The notes beneath the pieces were generated by a model. It was not told where the DNA came from and made no database searches. It saw nothing but the letters and a program-made list of their open reading frames with translations. The position numbers were made by a program, and so were the translations under genes. Shown piece by piece: positions 1 to 13,044 of a stretch of 64,000 nucleotides of DNA. The first letter of the stretch is position 1; every line of letters begins with the position of its first letter. Origin of the DNA: Acidimicrobiia bacterium (GTDB lineage: Bacteria; Actinomycetota; Acidimicrobiia; Spongiisociales; ZC4RG35); the NCBI GenBank assembly GCA_965215185.1, contig OZ244034.1, forward strand, positions 1,216,001 through 1,280,000, in the 5' to 3' direction.

Positions 1-2635
<2,635 letters not shown>

Positions 2636-2801
2636 AGAGAATCCAAGACAATTTGCTTGTTATGAAACTTTCAAGGTGCCTATGAGGTGACCCGCCCCAA
2701 GAAATGGGGCACGGGCTCCCTCACAGCTGAATAGTGTGCCCGAACCACGTAAAGTGGCCCGAGTAACCGGTGACCAAGTGAGAGCATTTTTATTGCTCCT
2801 T

Positions 2802-4318
<1,517 letters not shown>

Positions 4319-4490
4319 ACACTTTTGGGAGCGGGTTGCCCCGCTCGGTTTGTGTCATTATTTTGAGTTCGCATCCTTGTTAAGGGGTCCCGGGCCACCT
4401 TGTGGCCCGAGCTCTTCGTTTGGATGCCACCGACTCGGCTCCGCAGGCTAAAATAGCTTGTGGAATCCGTGCCGGCGCATACCGGCTTTT

Positions 4491-4510
4491 GGCACACTAT
4501 TCAGTTGTCA
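4491..4510 (-). other. rRNA leader arm of 16S processing stem
   Basis: GGCACACTATTCAGTTGT (4491-) is near-complementary to ITS sequence ACAGCTGAATAGTGTGCC (~2723-2740). Confidence 0.7.
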
Positions 4511-4550
4511 AGAAGCCCGCAGGGGTCTCCCGAGTGATCGGGCTTTCGAA

Positions 4551-4579
4551 TCTTATACACGCTCAGTGAGAAAGTGCAA
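4551..4579 (-). promoter_or_regulatory. putative rRNA sigma-A promoter
   Basis: Minus strand TTGCAC-N16-TATAAG upstream of 16S leader. Confidence 0.5.
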
Positions 4580-4580
4580 A

Positions 4581-5771
4581 TCAGTTTCGAAGGGAGATCG
4601 ATTTGCGTTTCCCCACGGCTAATACCTTCCCCAATAGTCGCTTCCGCTCCATCTCATATTCCGCCACCGGGGTCCCATCCACCCTCACTGCGCCCGCATC
4701 TATGAGGCGACGAGCCTGGCTCGCCGAAGTGACCAACTCCGCGGAACGCATGAGTCCCGGCAGGTAAACCGGGTCGCCGGCGGGGAGCGAAAATGCAGGA
4801 CCATCTTGGGGAACTTCCCGGTACTTGAACTTCCGATCGAATTCAGCCTCGGCGCCGTCTGCCTCCTCCTCCCCCCAGTACAGAGCGACGATCCGCCGAG
4901 CCAAGAGCCGCTTAGCCTGTCCGGGGTGCAGGTCCCCTCCGGTGATCTGCACCATGATCCGGTCTATCTCTTCGGCTGGTCGGTCGGCCGCCAACCGGAA
5001 CCACTCCCCCAGCAGGTGGTCAGGGATGGACATGGTCTTGCCGAACATCTCAGAAGCCGGTTCGTTGACTCCGATGTAGTTGCCCAGCGACTGGGACATC
5101 TTCTTGCGGCCGTCGGTACCGGTCAGCAGCGGCATGGTTAAGACAACTTGTGGCTCTTGGCCGTATCGGGTCTGGATTATTCGACCCATCATCAGGTTCC
5201 ATAATTGATCAGACCCACCCAACTCCACATCGGCTCTGGTCGCCACCGAGTCGTAACCCTGGAGCAGCGGATACAAAAACTCCATGATCGAGATGGGCGT
5301 TCTTTCCGCGTAGCGATTGGCAAAGTCAGACCGCTCCAACATCTGAGCCACCGTCACAGTGGAGGTGAGTTCCAGGATTTCAGTCATGTCCAAAGATTCC
5401 AGCCACTCGGAATTCCAGCGGATTTCCAGCGGTTCCGGCAGCAGCACCCGACGGAACTGATCCAAGAGGGGCTCGGCGTATGACCGCACCTCATCAGCAG
5501 TCAGCCGAAGCCGAGTTTGGCTCTTTCCGCTGGGGTCTCCCACGCGGGCGGTGAAGTCGCCCACAATCAGGACAGCAGTGTGGCCCAACTCCTGGAAGTG
5601 GCGGAGCTTGCGTAGCACCACCGCCCAACCCAACGTGACCATCGGAGCGGTGGGGTCGAGTCCGAGCTTGACACGAAGAGGACGACCGCCCTCCAAGAGT
5701 TCCTCCAGGCGTCCGGGGGGCAAAATGGTGTCGGCGCCGCGCGCCGCCAGTGTTATGTCACGAGTCGTCAT
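4581..5771 (-). CDS. tyrS: tyrosine--tRNA ligase
   Basis: VKLGLDPTA, GDFTARVGDPSG, YPLLQGYDS, ELGGSDQ, KMSQS, C-terminal S4 domain. Confidence 0.95.
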   Translation of the reverse strand: MTTRDITLAARGADTILPPGRLEELLEGGRPLRVKLGLDPTAPMVTLGWAVVLRKLRHFQELGHTAVLIVGDFTARVGDPSGKSQTRLRLTADEVRSYAEPLLDQFRRVLLPEPLEIRWNSEWLESLDMTEILELTSTVTVAQMLERSDFANRYAERTPISIMEFLYPLLQGYDSVATRADVELGGSDQLWNLMMGRIIQTRYGQEPQVVLTMPLLTGTDGRKKMSQSLGNYIGVNEPASEMFGKTMSIPDHLLGEWFRLAADRPAEEIDRIMVQITGGDLHPGQAKRLLARRIVALYWGEEEADGAEAEFDRKFKYREVPQDGPAFSLPAGDPVYLPGLMRSAELVTSASQARRLIDAGAVRVDGTPVAEYEMERKRLLGKVLAVGKRKSISLRN

Positions 5772-5818
5772 GGTTAATCTGGAAATCTAACGGAGGCAAG
5801 AGCCAGGCCATAACACAG

Positions 5819-6169
5819 GTGGTTGAGAGCATCACCATCAAAGCTCCACCCGTGACGGTGTGGGAGGCCCTGACCGACTTGGAAGGGCGAGTGCGGTGGA
5901 ACGACCGCCTTCTGGAGATGTCCGTGATAAATGGAGACGATTTGGCCATCGACAGCCAGATGCGGATTAGAGTGGACAGGAGCAAGGTCAAAGTAAACGT
6001 CACGCAGTTCGACCCTCCCGCCATCATGGTGATCGGCGCCACAAATCCGGTTATGACCTTCTCTCACGCCTACCGAATCAACGCGGTGTCGGCGGGTTTC
6101 ACCGTACTCTCCCTGACCGGCTCCCTTGGTGGGATTCTGGGAGTGGTTATGGGCGCCCTCACCAAATAG
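5819..6169 (+). CDS. SRPBCC/polyketide-cyclase family protein, probably truncated
   Basis: ESITIKAPPVTVWEALTDL..WN motif; TAG comes before the usual C-terminal helix (frame continues RMRSDLVA). Confidence 0.6.
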   Translation: MVESITIKAPPVTVWEALTDLEGRVRWNDRLLEMSVINGDDLAIDSQMRIRVDRSKVKVNVTQFDPPAIMVIGATNPVMTFSHAYRINAVSAGFTVLSLTGSLGGILGVVMGALTK

Positions 6170-6440
6170 CGTATGAGAAGTGATCTGGTTGCCCGCAGGC
6201 GTCAACGTCAGGCCGTTGCTCTGCGGCTCGTACCAGCCGTTTGATCAACTGGCGCCAAATGATCATATGGGGAGCCAGGAAGGCCCACCAGTACAGGCGT
6301 CCGACGATGCCGCGGGGTGGAATCTGGCTCGCTGGCCAAGCGTCGTCGTGCCGTTGGTTGACCGGTCCAGTGAGACTCGCCATTCCAGCCACGCCTGGCC
6401 CCGGCAACTTCATCCCCGCCCGCAGGCGCAGCAGCCGCAA
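6159..6440 (-). pseudogene. DUF2867 (YbjT-like SDR C-terminal domain) remnant
   Basis: LRLRAGMKLPG / QAWLEW..QRARFHP / RGIVGRLYWWAFLAPH recovered across two homopolymer frameshifts; no N-terminus. Confidence 0.7.
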
Positions 6441-6534
6441 ACAAAACCCTGTTCCGGTTGCCCTCCTCCATCGCCGAAGTCCGTCCCCGAAGGCTGTTCC
6501 GGAGGCACCATTAATGTCGTTAACCTTGGGGGCT

Positions 6535-8151
6535 ATGCCACACATGATGGACGACTTCCAACTGCTTCTCTCCACCCTGTACGACCGGGCCGTACGCCTC
6601 TTTCCCGACCAGCAGATCGTGTCAATCGAATCGGACCGGTCCCTGACTCGCGCCACCTACCGGGAAACCGATGAGAGGGTCCGGCGCCTGGCTACTGCCC
6701 TGGACAAGAAACTAGGGGTGACCCAAGGCCAGGCCGTCGGCACTTTCGCTTGGAACAACCGGCGGCACCATGAGATCTACTGGGCCACCGCCAACACCGG
6801 CCGGATTTGCCATACCCTCAACATCCGGCTGTTCGCCGACCAACTGGTTTACATAATCAATCACGGGGAAGATCAAGTGATCTTCGTCGATCCTGATCTG
6901 GTCGGACTGCTGGCGCCGCTCATCAGCCAACTCAAGACAGTGCATGCCTATGTCGTAATGGGTGATGATGCTTCCGGCTCGGGGCTCCCCAATGCCATCT
7001 CATACGAAGAACTGATCGCAGATGTGGAACCCCACGGCGCTTGGCCGGAGCTTTCGGAGCGGTCACCGCTCATGTACTGCTATACCTCCGGCACCACGGG
7101 GGACCCTAAAGGGGTCGCATACACGCAGCGTTCCACTTATTTGCATGTAATCTCCAATCTGGCCACCGTACATATGGGCCCCGATGACAACGTGATGCCG
7201 ATCGTGCCCATGTTCCACGCCTCCGCTTGGGGGTACCCGTTCATGGCCACCACCCAGGGCGCCAGGTTGACCTATCCAGGACCCGACCTGAGCGCCGATG
7301 CCTTGATCCCGTTGATCGAGTCGGAACAGGTCACCTTCTCCGCCGGAGTCCCCACCGTGATGCTGGGCATGAAACATTACCTGGAAAGTCATCCCGAGGC
7401 GGATATCTCCTCACTCCGTGCGTTTCTGTGCGGCGGGTCGGCTGTGCCCCGTTCCCTCATCGAGTGGTTCTGGAAGGCCCGCGGGGTGCGGATCCTGCAG
7501 GGCTGGGGCATGACTGAGACCAACCCCGTGGCCAGTGTGGCCCTTCTGAAGCCACACATGATGGAGTGGGATTTCGAACGTCAGCTCGACGTCATGGAAA
7601 CCGCCGGCTTACCCACCGCCGGTCTGCAGATCAAGATTGTGGACGATGAAGGCAACCAACTTCCCGAGGATGGGGAGGCCTTTGGCGAGCTTTTGATCCG
7701 CGGACCCTGGGTAGCCGCCGAGTATTACAAAGATCCTCGCACCCCACAGTCCTTCCAGGACGGATGGCTGCGCACCGGAGACGTCTGCAAGATAACTCCC
7801 GAAGGGTATGTCCGTATCACCGACCGGGCCAAGGACTTGATCAAGTCGGGCGGGGAATGGATCTCCTCGGTCGATCTGGAAAACCAACTCATGGCGCATC
7901 CCCAAGTGGCCGAGGCTGCGGTGGTGGGCGCCCGGCACGACAAGTGGCAGGAGCGACCGGTGGCGCTGGTGGTCCGCAAAGAAGGCTCGACGGTAACCGA
8001 GGAGGAGGTGCTGGAGTTCCTGCGACCGCATGTGGTGGGTTGGTGGCTCCCTGATCGGGTGATCTTCATCGACGCCATTCCCAAGACCGGAACCGGCAAA
8101 TTTGACAAGAAGGTATTGCGCGACCGCCATTGGGAAGTGCTGTCGGAGTGA
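6535..8151 (+). CDS. long-chain fatty acid--CoA ligase (AlkK/FadD-like)
   Basis: YTSGTTGDPKG, QGWGMTET, GWLRTGD, DLIKSGGEWISS, KTGTGKFDKK; start at MPHMMDD inferred. Confidence 0.92.
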   Translation: MPHMMDDFQLLLSTLYDRAVRLFPDQQIVSIESDRSLTRATYRETDERVRRLATALDKKLGVTQGQAVGTFAWNNRRHHEIYWATANTGRICHTLNIRLFADQLVYIINHGEDQVIFVDPDLVGLLAPLISQLKTVHAYVVMGDDASGSGLPNAISYEELIADVEPHGAWPELSERSPLMYCYTSGTTGDPKGVAYTQRSTYLHVISNLATVHMGPDDNVMPIVPMFHASAWGYPFMATTQGARLTYPGPDLSADALIPLIESEQVTFSAGVPTVMLGMKHYLESHPEADISSLRAFLCGGSAVPRSLIEWFWKARGVRILQGWGMTETNPVASVALLKPHMMEWDFERQLDVMETAGLPTAGLQIKIVDDEGNQLPEDGEAFGELLIRGPWVAAEYYKDPRTPQSFQDGWLRTGDVCKITPEGYVRITDRAKDLIKSGGEWISSVDLENQLMAHPQVAEAAVVGARHDKWQERPVALVVRKEGSTVTEEEVLEFLRPHVVGWWLPDRVIFIDAIPKTGTGKFDKKVLRDRHWEVLSE

Positions 8152-8157
8152 CAATCG

Positions 8158-8535
8158 GTGTCTGCTCTAGTCCAATTGCACGTCTCGCTCGGTTGGTGGG
8201 CGGCCGGCTTCACCGGCCTGGTGGGATTGTGGGGACTGACTCTGGCCATCGTCCGCCGCCCACCTGGCCGGCTCTTCAACCAGGCGGTGGGTGTGGCGGT
8301 GATCGTTATGACCGCCCAAGTGGGGCTCGGTTTGGTGGCTCTCAATCTGACCACCACCCGCCTGCCCGGCAGCCAGCACATTTTCTATGGGGTGCTGGTG
8401 CTCTTCACCTTTGCCTTCGCCTACATCTATCGGGGAACATTCCGGCGTCGGCCCGCTCTGTACATTGGACTATTGCTTTTGTTCGTGATGGGACTGGGCA
8501 TCCGGGGAATCTCCACTTTCGGAGGTTCATTCTGA
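8158..8535 (+). CDS. small 4-TM membrane protein
   Basis: Four hydrophobic segments, HIFYG motif, 6 bp after upstream stop. Confidence 0.75.
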   Translation: MSALVQLHVSLGWWAAGFTGLVGLWGLTLAIVRRPPGRLFNQAVGVAVIVMTAQVGLGLVALNLTTTRLPGSQHIFYGVLVLFTFAFAYIYRGTFRRRPALYIGLLLLFVMGLGIRGISTFGGSF

Positions 8536-8548
8536 GACATTTGGAGGT

Positions 8549-9373
8549 GTGACCATGCTTCTGGAAGGCAAACGACTGCTCATTACCGGAGTGCTCACCT
8601 CCGATTCCATCGCCTGGCATGTGGCTCGGATAGCCCAGGAGCAGGGTGCGGAGATCGTTGCCACCGGCTTCGGGAGGGGCATGAGAATCACCCAACGCTC
8701 AGTCAGGCGGCTCCCCCGCGCCTGCCCGGTGTATGAACTCGACATCAACGAACCATCCCATCTGGAAGCGCTTCGAGAAGAATTGGAGGCTCGGTGGGGA
8801 GCTGTGGATGGGGCCCTGCATGCCATCGCCTTCGCTCCGGCCGATGCTTTGGGTGGAAACTTTTTGACCGCTCCTGCCGAAAGCGCTGGGATTGCGTTTC
8901 AAACCTCCGCCTTCTCGTACAAGGCCCTGGCGGTGGGCCTGCTCCCTCTGCTCCAAGCCGCGGGAAGAGGATCGTTGGTCACTCTCGATTTCGACAACTC
9001 CCAGGCTTGGCCTTCTTATGACTGGATGGGAGTGGCCAAAGCGGCACTGGAGGCGGTCACCAGGTATCTGGCCCGCGATCTGGGGCCTTACCGAGTGCGG
9101 GTCAACGCTGTCTCCGCCGGACCGCTGGGCACGGTGGCGGCCAAGTCGATCCCCGGATTCTCGCTGTTCCAGGAGGTTTGGAACGACCGTTCCCCCCTCC
9201 GTTGGGACACAGCCGATCCCGATCCGGTGGCCCGGATGGTGTGTCTGCTGCTCTCCGACTGGACTCCTATGACCACCGGCGAGATTATCCATGTCGACGG
9301 GGGTTTCCATGCGGTGGCCGTGGGCGCCGCAAAGCCGTCTATCGAACCCGGAGCAGACGGGGAGCCCGAGTGA
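8549..9373 (+). CDS. fabI: enoyl-ACP reductase FabI/InhA type
   Basis: ITGVLTSDSIA, HAIAFAP, YDWMGVAKAALE, TTGEIIHVDGG; SD GGAGG. Confidence 0.95.
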   Translation: MTMLLEGKRLLITGVLTSDSIAWHVARIAQEQGAEIVATGFGRGMRITQRSVRRLPRACPVYELDINEPSHLEALREELEARWGAVDGALHAIAFAPADALGGNFLTAPAESAGIAFQTSAFSYKALAVGLLPLLQAAGRGSLVTLDFDNSQAWPSYDWMGVAKAALEAVTRYLARDLGPYRVRVNAVSAGPLGTVAAKSIPGFSLFQEVWNDRSPLRWDTADPDPVARMVCLLLSDWTPMTTGEIIHVDGGFHAVAVGAAKPSIEPGADGEPE

Positions 9374-10131
9374 GAGCCGCGCCCCTCCGGGCGCTGGCGG
9401 GCGGCGCCCTGATGGCCCGCTTTTTCGGAACCTCGCCTCCCAGGGTCTTGGCCCTCCACGGCTGGGGAAGGGACGGCGCCGACTTTGGCGAGGCTCTTCA
9501 GGATGTGGCGGCGATCGCCCCCGACCTACCCGGCTTCGGGTACTCCCCTCCACCCACCCGTGTGTGGGGCGCAGACGACTACGCCCGCCAGCTTGTGCCG
9601 ATCCTGGAACAGATGCAGACGCCGGCGGTGGTGGTCGGACACTCCTTCGGAGGTCGGGTGGCGGTGTGCCTGGCCACTCAGCGCCCCGACCTGGTGGGCG
9701 GACTGATCCTGTCGGGTGCGCCGTTGATAACGACCCCACGCCGGACCCGACCGCGCCTCTCCTACCGGCTGATCCGGTGGGGGCATCGTTGCGGGCTGGT
9801 ATCGGACGAGCGTCTGGAAGGAATGCGCCGCCGACATGGGTCGAGCGACTACCAGACCGCTCGTGGAGTGATGCGGGATGTGCTGGTCAAGGTCGTGAAT
9901 GAATCCTACGAGCAACAACTCGATACCCTGGCGCTTCCGGTTGATCTGATTTGGGGAGCCGAAGACCGCGAAGTTCCGCTGGCAAGTGCGCGATCCGCCC
10001 TCCGGCGCTTGGAGGAAACCGACTGTCAAGTCCGTCTTGAGACGATTCCGCAAGTTGGCCACAATCTGCCCCTCAGCCGACCGGAAGTTTTGGTAGATGC
10101 CATCCGGCGAATGTTGCAAGAGGTGGCCTGA
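9370..10131 (+). CDS. alpha/beta hydrolase (EstV/Cj0796-like)
   Basis: LHGWG, DLPGFG, GHSFGG nucleophile elbow, WGAED, GH; GTGA overlap with fabI stop. Confidence 0.9.
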   Translation: MRAAPLRALAGGALMARFFGTSPPRVLALHGWGRDGADFGEALQDVAAIAPDLPGFGYSPPPTRVWGADDYARQLVPILEQMQTPAVVVGHSFGGRVAVCLATQRPDLVGGLILSGAPLITTPRRTRPRLSYRLIRWGHRCGLVSDERLEGMRRRHGSSDYQTARGVMRDVLVKVVNESYEQQLDTLALPVDLIWGAEDREVPLASARSALRRLEETDCQVRLETIPQVGHNLPLSRPEVLVDAIRRMLQEVA

Positions 10132-11651
10132 TGAGTATTTGGGGGTGGTCGATAATCGTCGCCTGCGGCCTGGCTGCCATCCCGGCCGGGTTGCCGTGGC
10201 TACGGATCGCTCAGCGGGAGCATTATCTTCCGCTTTCCGTTACCCGCTTTTCGTTGCGTTGGGGGAGGGCGAGGGCCGCCAATTTGGGACTGGGAACCTT
10301 GGCGGCGGCGGCCGCCGCCGGAGAGTGGTTTTGGGTGGGACCCGGGTTGCTTACCGCCGCCATCAAAGCTGTGGGGCCGATCGGGCTCGGAATGCGGGGA
10401 TCAACCAGCCCCCTCATCTGGACCAAACGCTTGATCCGGATGGCGGTCACCACTTCCGTGCTGATGGGCGGAGCCCTGGTCCTGGCGGCGATCACCGGCC
10501 AAACGGTTATAGCGGCGGGGTCCCTGATGATCATTCCGATGCTGGTGGACCTTGCTCTGGCAATCAACTCTCCTCTCGAAAGAGCCCTGGGCGAAAAGTG
10601 GGTGAAAAAGGCCGCCCGGCGGCTTGCCGAGGTGTCCCCCCGGGTGGTAGCTATCACCGGATCCTATGGAAAGACCTCTACCAAGCTCTACCTGGCCCAC
10701 CTGTTGGCGGGAAGCCGGCGAGTGGTGGCCAGTCCGGCCAGTTTCAACAACCGAATGGGCCTGGCCCGGGCCATCAACGAGCGGCTCACCCCCGGCGCCG
10801 AGGTCTTTGTGGCGGAGATGGGAACCTACGGACCGGGTGAGATAGCCGAACTGTGCAGTTGGATCCCCCCTGACGTAGCGGTAATAACCGCCATCGGCCC
10901 GGTTCACTTGGAACGCATGAGGACCGAAGAGCGGATCATTGCCTGCAAAAGCGAGATACTCACCGACAGCGCAACCGCCGTGATCGGAGTCGACCACCCG
11001 GGACTTTCCAGGTTGGCTGAGACCGAGGAGCAGGCCGGACGGAAGGTGAAGCGGTGCTCCGGCCAGGGGGCGCCCTGTGAGGTGGGGGTGAACCCCCGAA
11101 GCGGCGAGGTGACCGTGGAAGGCAAGCTGATTGGGAAGGTGGATCTGCAATTTCACCACCCTTTGAATGTAGCCGCAGCTCTGGGTGCGGTCATCGCACT
11201 GGGGATAGACGCGAATGAGGTGGCCGACCGTTTGGACTCTCTTCCCTTCCCCAACCACCGATTGGCAACCATCGTGAACGAACGGGGGGTGACCATTTTG
11301 GACGACACCTTCAATGCCAATCCAGCGGGCGCCCGGGCGGCACTGCAGCGCCTGGCCCAGCACTCTTCCCCGGGTGGCAAGAAAGTCGTAGTCACCCCCG
11401 GGCTGGTGGAGATGGGCCCGCGTCGCCGTCTCGAAAACCGGGCATTGGGGGAAGCGGCGGCCGAGGCCGCCACCCATCTGCTGGTGGTGGGGCGGACCAA
11501 CCGACAGGCTCTGCTGGAAGGTACCAAAGGAAAGAATGCCCACGTGTTAGTGTTGGAAAACCGGCAACAGGCGGTTCGCTGGGCGCGTGCCAATCTCGAC
11601 CGGGGCGACACGATCCTCTATGAAAACGACCTCCCCGACCATTATCCATAG
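10131..11651 (+). CDS. murF: MurF-like Mur ligase with N-terminal membrane domain
   Basis: AITGSYGKTSTK P-loop, SFNN, AEMG, HLER, DDTFNANP, C-terminal ENDLPD; ~140 aa hydrophobic N-terminus. Confidence 0.85.
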   Translation: MSIWGWSIIVACGLAAIPAGLPWLRIAQREHYLPLSVTRFSLRWGRARAANLGLGTLAAAAAAGEWFWVGPGLLTAAIKAVGPIGLGMRGSTSPLIWTKRLIRMAVTTSVLMGGALVLAAITGQTVIAAGSLMIIPMLVDLALAINSPLERALGEKWVKKAARRLAEVSPRVVAITGSYGKTSTKLYLAHLLAGSRRVVASPASFNNRMGLARAINERLTPGAEVFVAEMGTYGPGEIAELCSWIPPDVAVITAIGPVHLERMRTEERIIACKSEILTDSATAVIGVDHPGLSRLAETEEQAGRKVKRCSGQGAPCEVGVNPRSGEVTVEGKLIGKVDLQFHHPLNVAAALGAVIALGIDANEVADRLDSLPFPNHRLATIVNERGVTILDDTFNANPAGARAALQRLAQHSSPGGKKVVVTPGLVEMGPRRRLENRALGEAAAEAATHLLVVGRTNRQALLEGTKGKNAHVLVLENRQQAVRWARANLDRGDTILYENDLPDHYP

Positions 11652-11678
11652 CCTGGGCGCTCTTTCGAAAGGCGTCGC

Positions 11679-12749
11679 ATGACCAGAATTGCCACGGTTT
11701 TCGGAGGGCCCTCCCCCGAGCACGATGTCAGCGTCTCAACCGGACTGCAAGCTGCCCGAGTGCTTCCAGAATCGGATTGTCTGTACTGGTCGCTAACCGG
11801 CGAGTGGTACCTCACACCGCCCAACCAGGAACTCTCCGACTTCGCCGACGGGGTTCCCCGAAAGTCCCGACGCCTCGATTTGCTGGTGGGCCCGGGAGGG
11901 GGTTATCGGATGGGACGCAAGCGGCTCATTTACGACGTGCTGGTCAATTGCTTCCACGGGGGGCCGGGTGAAGACGGAACAGTGCAGGGAATGTGGGACA
12001 TGGCCGGTATTTGCTACACCGGACCCGGGCAAGGCGCATCCAGTCTGGGTATGGACAAATTGATCTTCTCGGCGGCGATCCGCGCCGGGGGAATGCCCAC
12101 ATTGGAACGGATGCTCATTACTTCTCACTTTGCTCCCGACTTCGGTCCTCCCTACATAGTCAAGCCCCGCAGCGGTGGGTCGTCGATCGGCATTGCCGTA
12201 GTCGATGATTACCAAACTGCCTTGGCCCTTTCCCGGTCCTCCCCCCATCTGATGGATGGAGCGGTCATCGAGCCCTTTCTGGAGGGCGCCAGAGATCTCC
12301 AGATCGCGGTGCGCCGCTATCCCGAGGTCGAGTTGTCGGTGATTGAAGAGCCCAACCGTTCAGACAGCAAGGAGATCCTCAGCTACCGCGAAAAGTACCT
12401 GGCCTGGGGAGATTCGCAAACGGAAGTCCGTCGCCTCCCCGCCGAACTTCCCCGCCTTTTGGAGACGCAAGTCCGCACCCAGGCGGTGGCGGTGGCGGAA
12501 CTGGTGGGAATACGGGGCATCTCCAGAGTGGACTTCCTGGTCCATGAGGGCAACATCTATGTCAACGAGATCAACACCCTTCCCGGAAGTTTGGCCTCAT
12601 ATCTATGGATAGACCCTCCCCGTAGCAGGGAGCAGTTGCTGAGGGATATGATCTGCGAAGCCTTGGCCAACCCGCGGATACTGAACACCGCCGGGGCGGA
12701 CGGTACAGCCCTTCGGGGCGGTGGAGCCATCGCCGCCAAACTGGCCTAG
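11679..12749 (+). CDS. ddl: D-Ala--D-Ala ligase family ATP-grasp protein
   Basis: FGGPSPEHDVS, HGGPGEDG, GMDK, GGSSIG, SYREKY, RVDF, NEINTLPGSL. Confidence 0.88.
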   Translation: MTRIATVFGGPSPEHDVSVSTGLQAARVLPESDCLYWSLTGEWYLTPPNQELSDFADGVPRKSRRLDLLVGPGGGYRMGRKRLIYDVLVNCFHGGPGEDGTVQGMWDMAGICYTGPGQGASSLGMDKLIFSAAIRAGGMPTLERMLITSHFAPDFGPPYIVKPRSGGSSIGIAVVDDYQTALALSRSSPHLMDGAVIEPFLEGARDLQIAVRRYPEVELSVIEEPNRSDSKEILSYREKYLAWGDSQTEVRRLPAELPRLLETQVRTQAVAVAELVGIRGISRVDFLVHEGNIYVNEINTLPGSLASYLWIDPPRSREQLLRDMICEALANPRILNTAGADGTALRGGGAIAAKLA

Positions 12750-12985
12750 TTGTTTTCCCGAAACAGAGGGTGTTGAGAACGGGGAGAGCCACATTGGGGT
12801 TGCCTGCGATTAGTCCCAAACCGAAGGGAAAGGGGCTCAGAGGAGGAGAACATTTCTTCGCCGCAGGGTTGGCTCGGCTGACGCCATCTCTCCATCCTCC
12901 AATTTCAGTACCTGACCGGTAACAAGGCACAACTATCTGTTCTGCCCAGCCCTATTCGCCGCAACTGCGATTCGCCCTTAAAACG

Positions 12986-13018
12986 GGGCGACCCCGGTGA
13001 AAGCCCGGGGTCGCCCTT
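12986..13018 (-). terminator. intrinsic terminator after amtB
   Basis: GGGCGACCCCGG-loop-CCGGGGTCGCCC hairpin followed by T-run on minus strand. Confidence 0.75.
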
Positions 13019-13044
13019 CCAGTAAGACGGATTGACGGGTGCGG

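Noticed and set aside
2636-2801. tRNA in the 16S-23S spacer
   Set aside because: Spacer is ~165 bp with no cloverleaf or TTCG arm.
6241-6534. ~100 aa N-terminal extension of the acyl-CoA ligase
   Set aside because: It is mostly the antisense frame of the DUF2867 remnant; family similarity begins at MPHMMDD.
12750-12985. Possible sRNA or small ORF (MASAEPTLRRRNVLLL, minus strand) between ddl and amtB
   Set aside because: Very short with no recognisable family or structure; cannot be supported.
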